Below are positions 46,801 through 54,026 of a stretch of 64,000 nt of DNA, piece by piece. Under the pieces are notes generated by a model. It made no database searches and was not told the DNA's origin. It saw only the letters and a program-made list of their open reading frames with translations. The position numbers were made by a program, and so were the translations under genes. Every line of letters begins with the position of its first letter. Position 1 is the first letter of the stretch. Source of the stretch: Verrucomicrobiia bacterium (lineage in GTDB: Bacteria > Verrucomicrobiota > Verrucomicrobiia > Limisphaerales > JADLHS01); assembly GCA_011525685.1 (NCBI GenBank), contig WYBW01000168.1:25859-89858 (forward strand), in the 5' to 3' direction.

Positions 46801-48035
46801 GCGGCCAGATCGCTGATGCCGTGGCTCGCCGCCCAGCCAAAGGTCACCGTGCCGGAAGATGGTTGCGGGAATTGAAACAGGTAAGGCCCGGCCTCGGCGC
46901 CGGTCACGGTCGAGGCCGGCTGGCCGTTGATTTGCAAGTCGCCGGCGTCCACGCCGAAGACCGGTTCGTTGAACCAGACTTCCAACTGGGTCAGTTGACT
47001 GACTTGCGCCCCCGCCACGGGAGTCCGCTCGGAAACCTGCGGCGACAGGTTGTCCACGAGGGTGTAGCTCCAGGCGGCGCTGTGATCGAACGCCGCTCCT
47101 TGCAGGTCAGTGATTCCTGGTGACTCGCTCCACCGCACGTCCAACGGGCCGGGCGCGGGTTGGGTGAACGTGAACGTGTAACGGTTCGTCCCGGGATTTC
47201 CCGCCACCCCCGTGGCCGGCTGGTTGTTGAGGGTCAGATCGTCGGCATCAACGCCGGAGACCGGTTCGTCAAAGAACACCGTGACCTGCGCGAACGCGCC
47301 CAGCACCGAACCGGGCGCGGGGCTGATGTTGGTGACGGTGGGCGGGTTGAGGTTGGCTCGCAGGAACTCGACGCGCGTCTCAAATCGAAAATCGGAACTG
47401 GTCGAGAGGTTGTTGTTGAAGGCCTGCACGGCCAGGATGTTCGTGCCCGGGACGAGATAATCACCCGGCGCGAGGGCGACGGTGTGGGTGAGGGCGGGTT
47501 CCGCTTCGCGCGCGGCGGCGGCCACGCTGGTGTAAAGCGGGGAGGCCACATTAACATTGTCCCGCACCACCTCGGCGCCGTTGATCCAAGCCACGAAACC
47601 ATCGTCGCAATTCGCCACAAATTGGAGCGACTGAACTTCCTGGACATTTGTCACCACAAAGTGCGCGCGCAGGAAGATGCAGGTGTAATTGCTGCGCATG
47701 TCGCTCAACAGCGTGCCGCCGGAGAGTCCTTCGCCATAGTGAAACGGCGCTTTGCCGACGGACCAGGAGGCATCGTTGAACCCGGCGCCGCGCCAGAGGT
47801 TGTTGGGGTTGGACACCTCGTTGGTGCCCTTGCGCCAACGCCAACTGGCGCCGGTGGGGATGAGTGTCTCCTGCGCTCGCGCTGGGAAAACCCAATCCCC
47901 GCCCCCAAGCAGGAACAACAACACGCCCCCAAGCAATAGTCTCCAACTAATGGCTGGCCGGGGAGGACTCTGCCGCCGGCCCGCCGCGAGGCGTGCCAAC
48001 GCACCTTGATCTTGCTGCAAAAACTTGGACCGCAC
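40884..48035 (-). CDS. Giant (2383 aa) secreted CotH kinase-like domain protein with seven lamin-tail-domain (LTD) repeats and RFYRVV-type C-terminal domain
   Basis: Signal RLLLGGVLLFLLGGGDWVFPARAQE. CotH-like region (..LRAHGNASREPNKNPKHGFKLNFRGEFG.., ..MLLHYFAGHQDWGNSKNWYALRK..). Seven LTD repeats of pattern V(I/L)NE(F/V/W)...(W/F)(I/V)EL(Y/H)N...V.L.GW.L(T/S)D. C-terminal ..VRLSFTVVQGRSYQVEYKTQLGDPVWLPLG...PQRFYRLVALP. Confidence 0.85.
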   Translation of the reverse strand: MRSKFLQQDQGALARLAAGRRQSPPRPAISWRLLLGGVLLFLLGGGDWVFPARAQETLIPTGASWRWRKGTNEVSNPNNLWRGAGFNDASWSVGKAPFHYGEGLSGGTLLSDMRSNYTCIFLRAHFVVTNVQEVQSLQFVANCDDGFVAWINGAEVVRDNVNVASPLYTSVAAAAREAEPALTHTVALAPGDYLVPGTNILAVQAFNNNLSTSSDFRFETRVEFLRANLNPPTVTNISPAPGSVLGAFAQVTVFFDEPVSGVDADDLTLNNQPATGVAGNPGTNRYTFTFTQPAPGPLDVRWSESPGITDLQGAAFDHSAAWSYTLVDNLSPQVSERTPVAGAQVSQLTQLEVWFNEPVFGVDAGDLQINGQPASTVTGAEAGPYLFQFPQPSSGTVTFGWAASHGISDLAANPFGGGNWSVTLNPALVPGDIVINEFVAGNLSGLLDEDGERPDWIELYNRGTTPVDLLGWSLTDNANVPGLWTFPSRVLNPGQYLVVFASGKDRRVPAGTNRFHTNFRLDLFGEYLALFNPESPRVAVSEFAPRYPEQRNNFSYGQQSSNVWRYYISPTPGAANGNSAILGIAPEPHFSVARGLFDAPFNLVLTTPVSNATIRYTRDGSEPTTVNGLVYSAPIQITNTTYVRAAVFAPNYLPSRTRTHSYIYLDSVLAQPNNPPGFPASWGTYSTFTNNIVPADYEMDLDPLRTDPNNPDSPIDPAKLQRYHDGLRELPVVSIVMDMNHIFNPSGLYHTPNIVNKNFPDQPCSVEMLLPDGTTAFAVNGGLRAHGNASREPNKNPKHGFKLNFRGEFGESMLDYRLFPDSPAREFDDLILRPDFNSSWRHWSDVASNGLGAFQRTRATRTHDAWIKHAQRDMGHIASHNRFFHLFINGLYWGTYDFTEQPTKHFGANYFGGTDEEYDVYDQGGLASGTSTAYQAMVGISGLNNNANYELMKQYLDVTEFSDYMLLHYFAGHQDWGNSKNWYALRKRVSGAEGRFRYFPWDGECILLNDNINRVTSTDVPSGLFTKLDDNAQFRLDFADRVHKHMIAPDGALTRQANTVRWDYWQAIMDKPIVAESLRWGDYRRDVHQYQEGLFQLYTREDHWLPENQRKVNSYFVTRGTTVLNQFRSAGLYPPLDAPEYRQSTVAGPIIASGAVAAGYVVAMRNPGAGVIYYTTNGSDPRVYYSGEVAAAALTYSTPLVLGTTVTLKARVLNGTTWSALNEATFTVGELGVPLRITEIMYNPLGGDAFEFLEIQNVGALPVDIGGFSFQGINFVVPIGTILQAGAVLLLANNSSPAQFAARYPSAMVFGDFAGNLANGGERIAILDGNGRTVTAVHYDDENGWPTAPDGDGFSLEVIDARGDPNAPDNWRASVTVNGTPGLPPLAPALGEVVLNEVMADNGGSVPHDGAWPDWVELHNRGAAPVNLADWSLTDDSNPRKFVFPAETVLAAGGYLVVWCDSATNSPGLHAGFALGRKGETVSLFDAATNRVDALTFGLQLTDYSVGRDTGEWRLTLPTPGGENVAAPLAAASQLALNEWLASPEPGGQDWLELFNRSAIAPVALRGLYFASSNALFRYNALSFVAPRGYAQLFAEELPGADQLEFKLPAAGGAIALYSEAAAELERVTYGPQTQAVSEGRLPDGATTLATFTGSVSPGASNYVLAYNGPVLNEVLARNQRAVVSPWGTYADFVELYNGTGGTVALGGMALGRSLSAGDRWTIPAGVNVPAGGYLVIWCDGSRSPSTSVAGPGLNTGFNLSGESGDVIFFNGLGQPVNSVSYGFQVENLSLGRSGGQWRLLASPTPGAANSTPATLGPVTALRINEWMAAPASGDDWFELYNTSALPVELGGLLLTDDPSTFGITKSPVPALSFVGGGRWVLFKADGNLAAGRDHVAFALDKAGETLRLYDANRNLIDAVDFGIQADGVSSGRLPDGASAIVSFTTTPSPGAANYLPLPGVVINEVLSHTDAANFLEDAVELHNPTALPVHLGGWYLSDSQTDLKRYRIPDGTVLPPGGFLVFYQYQFGSADGEADEPPLFSFNSAQGDAVWLSEADTSGNLTGGRVGLTFDAAANGVSFGRHETSVGVDFVAMSRHTFGVENPLSLAHFRTGTGATNAYPRVGPVVISELMYHPPADTNETGNEEFIELHNFSGEAVPLYDPSFPTNVWRLANAVTFDFPSGTSIAAGGSLLVVPFDPVADPAALDAFRARYDATGPVVGPYTGRLDNAGETLELWRPDRPQAPGRPDAGFVPYLLVERVAYDDEVPWPASADGQGHSLQRLILADYGNDPVNWQADWPTPGRVITEMLPPIGTVSLIDNNTVRLSFTVVQGRSYQVEYKTQLGDPVWLPLGSPVEAAGPELIVDDDLTGQPQRFYRLVALP

Positions 48036-48511
48036 TTCGGTGTAACTCTATACGATGTGCGCGCCTTCGGCCAGTCCGTATTGCCCCGGTCAGCAATCTG
48101 GCAGGACCGCTCGATCCAATAGGGTGAGACTGTGACGTAAGAACTCGATGGCCGAATTCCCAAGGCCGAAAGACTTCCGAAATCCCCAACCCGAATGGCT
48201 TGCCTGTTGGAGCGTTCCCTCACCATGACTCGAGCAGTTCAAGCAGGCCATCCAACTGGCGTAAGGCAATTTGGCCCAGGCGGCCCGCTGGCTGGGGGTC
48301 ATGCGTTTGAAAATGCGCGAGAAACTCACCCAGTTCGGTCCGCACCCCGCGGCCGTGAAGAACGGAGCGAGTAATCCGTGCGAACCAGCACGCCTCTTGC
48401 GTTTCGTTGTCGTCGCGTGCTGAGCCTGGACTGGTTTACCCGAGCCGCGATGGCAAACCACCAAACCATCACGCGCTTGACCCGCGTTTCGACAAGGTTA
48501 AGCTTGCGCGC

Positions 48512-49690
48512 ATGAGCACGGTGGAAAACAGGTTGTCACTGTCTGCCCTGCCCACAACGCGACGAGTTCCAATCAAACACTCCATTACAACGGCGCTGCG
48601 ACAGGTGCGATGCCAATGGGACGCGCGCCGTCACCGCTTTGGCGCGAAACCTCCCGCCCCCGCGAACCGCCTGCCGTGCGGTCTGATCGGCGCGGGGAGT
48701 TTTTTCCACTACGCCTACCTGCCGGCGCTCAACCGAAAGCACTCGCCCGTTGCGATTCGCGGAATCCTGACGCGAAGCGACCAGACGGCCCGGGAAGCCC
48801 TCCGGGCCTTGCGTTATACCAGCCGGCATCTGGATTCGCTCGAGGCCATCCGGGATGGCGGGGCGTCCTCCGTGCTGATCTTGGCGCCGAACCACCTGCA
48901 TTTCGATTTTGCGCAAGCGGCCCTGAAGAAGGGTTTGAATGTGTTCTGCGAGAAACCGCTCGCCAATACCGTCGCCGACGCCCTGCGGCTCAAATCTCTG
49001 CTCCAGCCGGACGGACCGGTGCTCATGGTGGACTTCAACCAACGTTACCTGGATCGAAACCGCGTCTTGAAGCGGGTCCTCGCGGAGGATCGGATCGGCA
49101 AGATTCAAACCGTGGAAGCATTCCACAACCAAAACCTGATCGGCCAAGCGCCTGCGCTGGAGAAACTGCGGAAAGAAGCGACTGGCGGCGGGGTGGTCCA
49201 CAACGCGGGCATCCATTTCATCAACCTGTTTCTTTATTGGTTCGGGGAGGTGGACCGGGTGAAGGCGGTCTTCGAGAATCGCGCGCTGCCCAGGGAGTGC
49301 GGAGAGGACACCGCGCACTGCCGCTTCTGGTTTCGCAGCGGTGTCACCGCTACGCTGGAGGCCTCCCTGGTGAACGCGGTTTCCACCAGCTACGAGCGCG
49401 TCCGGTTTGTGGGTCAGAAAGGTGTGATTTCCAGTGACCTCAAGAAAGGCGACATTCGTTGTCAGTTAAGGGGCAATGAAAGCCTCGACATTTCGTGCCG
49501 GAGGGAAGTCATCGCCGATTCGGTCTTCAACGCATTGAGCAGCTTTGAACGTTGCGTGTCCGCGGGGACGCAACCGGAGACGGATGTGGAGGACTTCATC
49601 CGCACCTTGAAGGTGGTCGAAGCCCTCACGTTGTCGGCGGAACGCGGCACGGAGGTTTCACTCGAAGAATTGGACCGCAAGTATGCCTGA
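48512..49690 (+). CDS. Gfo/Idh/MocA family oxidoreductase
   Basis: ATG 48512 (MSTVENR..). Rossmann N-terminus CGLIGAGSFFHYAYLPAL, ..VLILAPNHLHFDFAQAALKKGLNVFCEKPLA (EKP motif). Confidence 0.8.
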   Translation: MSTVENRLSLSALPTTRRVPIKHSITTALRQVRCQWDARRHRFGAKPPAPANRLPCGLIGAGSFFHYAYLPALNRKHSPVAIRGILTRSDQTAREALRALRYTSRHLDSLEAIRDGGASSVLILAPNHLHFDFAQAALKKGLNVFCEKPLANTVADALRLKSLLQPDGPVLMVDFNQRYLDRNRVLKRVLAEDRIGKIQTVEAFHNQNLIGQAPALEKLRKEATGGGVVHNAGIHFINLFLYWFGEVDRVKAVFENRALPRECGEDTAHCRFWFRSGVTATLEASLVNAVSTSYERVRFVGQKGVISSDLKKGDIRCQLRGNESLDISCRREVIADSVFNALSSFERCVSAGTQPETDVEDFIRTLKVVEALTLSAERGTEVSLEELDRKYA

Positions 49691-50696
49691 GCTCCCGCTT
49701 TCCAAAGTCATGGACGTCTCGCTCACGCGGTCGTGCAATTACGATTGCTCGTACTGCAACCAGCGGCAGGAACTGGACAAGCCCATGTTTGACATGAGCG
49801 AGTCGAAGCGGAAGGTCGTGTCCAACAAACGCCGCTCCGGCAAGGAGTGGATCGAGGGACTCAACGCCTTTCCGTTCAAGAACGATTACGACAAGCTGAT
49901 CTTCTCCGGCGGCGAACCCAGCCTGCATTCGGAGTTCGTGGACATCGTCAGCCAGGTCAAAGGGTTTCGCTGCAAGATCGTCGTGACCAATCTGAGCTTT
50001 GACGTGGACCGCCTGATTAGGGCCTGTCGCCAGCAGAACACCCGCGTCATCGTGCAGCCCTCCTTCCACTTCGAGTTCGCGACGTTCGAGGAGTTTGTGG
50101 AAAAGCTCGGCAAACTGCGGGCGGCGGGCCTGTTGAGCAACTTCATTCCCGTCTCCATCGTCAGCCTGCCGGACCGCACCGAGCCGCAATCGTTCCGGCA
50201 ACAATTTCGCGAGCGGGGCTTCGACGCCTCGCTCTATCGTTACGAGGGCTACTACAAAGGGAAATTCTCCTACGCTCCGAAAGACGGCTTCGGCGGCTGG
50301 GAGCAGACGCGCGAGGTCCTTTACTCCAGTTGTTGCCAGCCGGTGAAGCCCAACGGCGACATCGTCTTCTGCACGACCGATACCTACGCTCAGGAATACA
50401 CGGCCTACGGCAACATCTGCGACCAGACATTCACCGAGATACCTCGGGAGATCGTCTGCAAGGATTACGGACACCGTCACATCTCGGCGGCGTCCTGGGT
50501 GCGCGTGCGCGACCCGCGAACGGGAAGGAAAATCTGGCAGGGCAAGAACTATCGTTTCCGCAACCCCCAGAACCGGCTGCGCGCTTTTCTGGAAACGCAA
50601 AACTACGCGTGGTTAAGCACGGCCAAACGCCTGGCCAACCGCTTCCAAAACCGGCTCAAGCCGGACAGCGACGAGAATCAGACCAACCTTGGTTGA
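49683..50696 (+). CDS. Radical SAM protein
   Basis: CNYDCSYC (C-x3-C-x2-C) near N-terminus, SAM-binding LIFSGGEPSL, C-terminal Cys cluster (SSCCQP...CTTD...C..). Start overlaps the oxidoreductase stop by 8 nt (ATGCCTGA). Confidence 0.85.
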   Translation: MPELPLSKVMDVSLTRSCNYDCSYCNQRQELDKPMFDMSESKRKVVSNKRRSGKEWIEGLNAFPFKNDYDKLIFSGGEPSLHSEFVDIVSQVKGFRCKIVVTNLSFDVDRLIRACRQQNTRVIVQPSFHFEFATFEEFVEKLGKLRAAGLLSNFIPVSIVSLPDRTEPQSFRQQFRERGFDASLYRYEGYYKGKFSYAPKDGFGGWEQTREVLYSSCCQPVKPNGDIVFCTTDTYAQEYTAYGNICDQTFTEIPREIVCKDYGHRHISAASWVRVRDPRTGRKIWQGKNYRFRNPQNRLRAFLETQNYAWLSTAKRLANRFQNRLKPDSDENQTNLG

Positions 50697-50698
50697 TG

Positions 50699-51190
50699 TC
50701 AGCGTGCCGGGGCGGCTGATTTTGCATCGCCTGCGGAGAGCAAAGCCCTGATTTGCCTGGCCTGCGTGGCCGCATCAGCGTGCCGGCAAGCGTGGACGAA
50801 GCGCAACCACGATTCAGATCGCTGCTGAAGGCGGTCCATCTCGGCGATTAGCGACGGGCCGGGTGTGGTTTGCGGCATGACGTCGCGTGCCGACAGCAAG
50901 TGCCGTTGCAACTCCAGCGCCAGCATCTCGATCCGGTCAAAATCCACCTGGATGGTCTCTGGCGACACTTCGCGGTCGAGGTCCGCGGACAATCTCGCCA
51001 CAGCTTCATGGCCAAGGCGTGCAGTGGCGCGGGCTTCGCTCACCCGCATCGCCAGCTCGTCATCAGCTTCCGGCGGAAACTTGTCCCAGGTCCGGTGGTA
51101 AATGGAAGTGCATCCGGTCAGGCCAGCGCAGATTGCAATCAACAGAAACTGGCAGAGGGCCGGCGGCACCCGTGGCGCGGCGCAAGTCAT
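50699..51190 (-). CDS. Putative lipoprotein (about 163 aa)
   Basis: MTCAAPRVPPALCQFLLIAICAGLTGCTS.. lipobox LTGC. Mostly helical, charged mature part. Start chosen at M 51190 rather than the ORF-track 51532. Composition-based, no homology recognised. Confidence 0.45.
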   Translation of the reverse strand: MTCAAPRVPPALCQFLLIAICAGLTGCTSIYHRTWDKFPPEADDELAMRVSEARATARLGHEAVARLSADLDREVSPETIQVDFDRIEMLALELQRHLLSARDVMPQTTPGPSLIAEMDRLQQRSESWLRFVHACRHADAATQARQIRALLSAGDAKSAAPAR

Positions 51191-51428
51191 TCCGTTCCGT
51201 GGAGCATGGAACGTCATGGTGGAACTCGTCGCCCCGCGCCGAGTAGCGCCGTGTCCAGCGGCGCAGTGGTCCGCGCGGGTTGCCAGCTTGGAGTCCGCCA
51301 GACGCAGACGGGCTTGCCGCAGAGCGACAACCACCATCCGCAGAAAAGGAAAGTGCATCCTCCGGCTTGGGTATCCGGGACATTGACTCGCCGCCCGACG
51401 GCTGTTTGAATCAGGCTCAGGTAAGGAC

Positions 51429-52562
51429 ATGCGTCTTGTTACACGGCAACTGGTCCGGCAATCTGCCCTAACGGGGTTGGTTTGTCTGCTTTGCTTTTGC
51501 GCCTGCACTGCCCCGGCGCCCGAGTGTGACAATTTCTGCCTGCCCTTGGACGAGGAACTGGCTGACTTGGGCGACTACTTCGAGACCCTGCACACGCTCG
51601 CGTTGGAGGAGGCCGTGGGCGCGGTCAACGACCGCATTGAGCAGGTGCTGACCATCAAAGACGCCACCGAGCGGGCCGCGCGACTCGCCGAGTTGCAGCA
51701 TCCGGACACGCTGGCCGGCGCGCTGGCCGACCGCTTTGCCCACCCGTACCTCGAATCGAGTCTCATGGAACAAGCCCTCAAAGTGCGGCAGACACGGAAG
51801 CAGTTTCCCGGACAGAAAACCAGTCACGCGGACATCTGGATGAATTTTTCCGCGCACATTCCGCTCGAGCCCCGGCAGGTGATGATGTTGTTCCAAAGCA
51901 GCACCATCAAGGTGTTCGGAGTTTACTTCGGCACGGACAAGTTCATTCATTTTCATCATCTGGGCTGGACCTATTACCGGAGCTACCGGGGCTTCTTGAA
52001 CGAGGGCTGCGACGCGGAGGAGGCCTATCGCCGCGTGATCCAGCGTTACACGCGGGAGGCGTTTCTGGCGGAAAGCCTCTGGTTCGGCACGATGACCACC
52101 GGCGTTTACTCGAACGCGGACCTGGCGGCGAATCATCTGGGCTTCAAGTTTTTCCTCAACCTCACCGAACCCGTCGTGTTGAAGGGGCGGGAACAACCGC
52201 CGCTGGCGGTGCGGTGCGGCGTGTTTTGGCGCTTGAGTCCGCGCGTGCGCCCCCGCTCGGGCTGGTTCGCCGCCTATGTCAGCGATCATTGGAACGAGGC
52301 ATTGAATCCCAGCCTGTACGATGCCTCGATGCGGCCGGGCATCCGCCGCGTGCTCCAAAGCCGCGCCGAGCGCATCGTGCAGTTCTACACCGGCAAGGAC
52401 GGGCGACCCAACGATCCGGCCTATTTCGACCAACTCGCCCACGAGCTGTCCACGTACCACGGAGAGCCTTACGGTCATTCCGGCCAGTTCGAGAAATTGA
52501 TGACGATTGGCAATACCTGCATGCCCGAGGTCGTTGCCCTCAACGCCGTCAGCGCCGATTGA
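51429..52562 (+). CDS. Putative lipoprotein / hypothetical protein (377 aa)
   Basis: N-terminal MRLVTRQLVRQSALTGLVCLLCFCACTAP signal with Cys cluster; globular-looking remainder with no low complexity; no recognised domain. Confidence 0.6.
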   Translation: MRLVTRQLVRQSALTGLVCLLCFCACTAPAPECDNFCLPLDEELADLGDYFETLHTLALEEAVGAVNDRIEQVLTIKDATERAARLAELQHPDTLAGALADRFAHPYLESSLMEQALKVRQTRKQFPGQKTSHADIWMNFSAHIPLEPRQVMMLFQSSTIKVFGVYFGTDKFIHFHHLGWTYYRSYRGFLNEGCDAEEAYRRVIQRYTREAFLAESLWFGTMTTGVYSNADLAANHLGFKFFLNLTEPVVLKGREQPPLAVRCGVFWRLSPRVRPRSGWFAAYVSDHWNEALNPSLYDASMRPGIRRVLQSRAERIVQFYTGKDGRPNDPAYFDQLAHELSTYHGEPYGHSGQFEKLMTIGNTCMPEVVALNAVSAD

Positions 52563-52642
52563 GCCGGCCGGTGCCTCCAAAACCGGGCTGCCCACCCGCG
52601 TTGATGACTTGCCATGATCTCGCTGCCGCATAGTCTGGGAGC

Positions 52643-53929
52643 ATGAATTCCACGCTGATTCTGACCGCGCTCTTGGTTTCCTCGTTACCCCTGGCAGCGG
52701 CCAACTGGCCTTCGTGGCGCGGTCCCAACCAGGACAACACCTCGCCGGAAACCAGGTTTCCCACCAAGTGGTCGCGCTCGGACAATGTAAAGTGGCGCAC
52801 GCCGCTGCCCGAGGCGGGCAATTCGTCGCCGATCGTCTGGGGCGACACCGTTTTCGTGACGCAGGCGGTTGACGATGGCAGGGAGCGCACGTTGATGGCG
52901 TTTAACCGCGCGACCGGCAAGCTGCGCTGGCAACAAGGCGTCACTTACAGCGCAACCGATCCGCGTCATAAGAGCAATCCGCATTGTGCCGCCTCGCCGG
53001 TGACCGACGGCGAACGGGTCGTGGCCAGCTTTGCTTCCGCCGGCATTGTCGCGTATGACTTCGAAGGGAAACAGCTTTGGAAAACCGACCTCGGCCCGCA
53101 GAAGCACGAGTGGGGGCAAGGTTCGTCACCCATCATTCATGGCGATCTCGTGATTGTGTATCATGGTCCCGGCGAATTCTCCGCGCTTCACGCGTTGGAC
53201 AAGCGCACCGGTGAGAAACGATGGTCTGTGCCGCTTGCGGAAGTGGACCCGCCCGAGCGCTTCGATGGTTTCGCCGGCCAACGCGATGGCAAACTGGGCA
53301 CGTTCAGCACACCTCTGGTCGTCACGGCCGGCGGGCGCGACGAGATCATTCTGCCGGTCGTGAACCGGGTGCGCGCCTTTGCGCCGGCGACCGGCAGGGA
53401 ATTGTGGAGCGCCGACGGTATGAGTCCGTTGGTTTACAGTTCGCCCACGCTGGGCGAAGGCTCGCTGGTGATTTACGGCGGCTTCTTCGGCAGTGTGATT
53501 TATCAAAAGCCGGGTGGCGCGGGAGACGTGACGGTCAATCGGCTCTTTTACGAACGCCGGATGCGCAAACATACCATCGGCTCACCCCTCGTGAAGGACG
53601 GTCACGTTTATCTCTGTGTCACCGACGGCTTTGCTCAGTGCTACGAACTGGCCACTGGCAGGATGCTTTGGGAGGAGCGCCTCCCCGCCACCGGCGCCAG
53701 CGGCCAGGTGTGGGGCAGTGGCGTGCTGGTCGGAGACCGCATCTACGTGAGCAATCAATCCGGCGACACTTTCATCCTGCGCGCCGCGCCGAAATTTGAA
53801 GTTATTGCCACGAATCCACTGGGCGAATTGTCCAACTCAACGCCCGCGCTTTCCAACGGTGAGATCTTCCTCCGCACCCACGCGGCGCTCTACTGCGTCG
53901 CGGAGGCGAAGCAGACGGCCGGCCAGTGA
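52643..53929 (+). CDS. PQQ-like beta-propeller repeat protein (BamB/YVTN-like), secreted
   Basis: Signal MNSTLILTALLVSSLPLAAA. Repeated W-x-x-x-G propeller motifs (NWPSWRGPNQDN, KWRTPLP.., LRWQQGV.., LWKTDLG.., RWSVPL.., LWSADGMS.., MLWEERL..). Confidence 0.8.
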   Translation: MNSTLILTALLVSSLPLAAANWPSWRGPNQDNTSPETRFPTKWSRSDNVKWRTPLPEAGNSSPIVWGDTVFVTQAVDDGRERTLMAFNRATGKLRWQQGVTYSATDPRHKSNPHCAASPVTDGERVVASFASAGIVAYDFEGKQLWKTDLGPQKHEWGQGSSPIIHGDLVIVYHGPGEFSALHALDKRTGEKRWSVPLAEVDPPERFDGFAGQRDGKLGTFSTPLVVTAGGRDEIILPVVNRVRAFAPATGRELWSADGMSPLVYSSPTLGEGSLVIYGGFFGSVIYQKPGGAGDVTVNRLFYERRMRKHTIGSPLVKDGHVYLCVTDGFAQCYELATGRMLWEERLPATGASGQVWGSGVLVGDRIYVSNQSGDTFILRAAPKFEVIATNPLGELSNSTPALSNGEIFLRTHAALYCVAEAKQTAGQ

Positions 53930-53950
53930 GTCAGGCGGCGCGTGCGGCGA

Positions 53951-53990
53951 CCCCTGATTGAAAAAGCCGCTCCGGTTTCCCGGAGCGGCT
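53951..53990. terminator. Bidirectional intrinsic terminator hairpin between convergent PQQ-like gene and ppdK
   Basis: AAAAAGCCGCTCCGG-TTTC-CCGGAGCGGCTCTTGAATCTT: 11-bp perfect GC-rich stem, 4-nt loop, A-tract 5' and T-rich 3'. Confidence 0.6.
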
Positions 53991-54026
53991 CTTGAATCTT
54001 GCAGCCGTTGACTCAACCGCGGCGGC

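Noticed and set aside
41007-47939. Forward-strand ORFs (41007..42191, 43131..45572, 45639..47123, 47160..47939) inside the CotH-LTD gene
   Set aside because: Antisense to a frame with seven recognisable LTD repeats and a CotH domain; compositionally Arg/Gly/Val-rich.
48090-48464. 124-aa reverse ORF in the 480-bp intergenic region between the CotH-LTD gene and the oxidoreductase
   Set aside because: No motifs, odd composition, overlaps the likely promoter regions of two divergent genes; kept as non-coding.
11720-49690. Identical ATGCCTGA start/stop overlap at two unrelated gene junctions (11720 and 49683) as evidence of duplication
   Set aside because: Flanking sequences are unrelated; the octamer coincidence simply reflects a favoured overlap arrangement giving MP.. 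N-termini.
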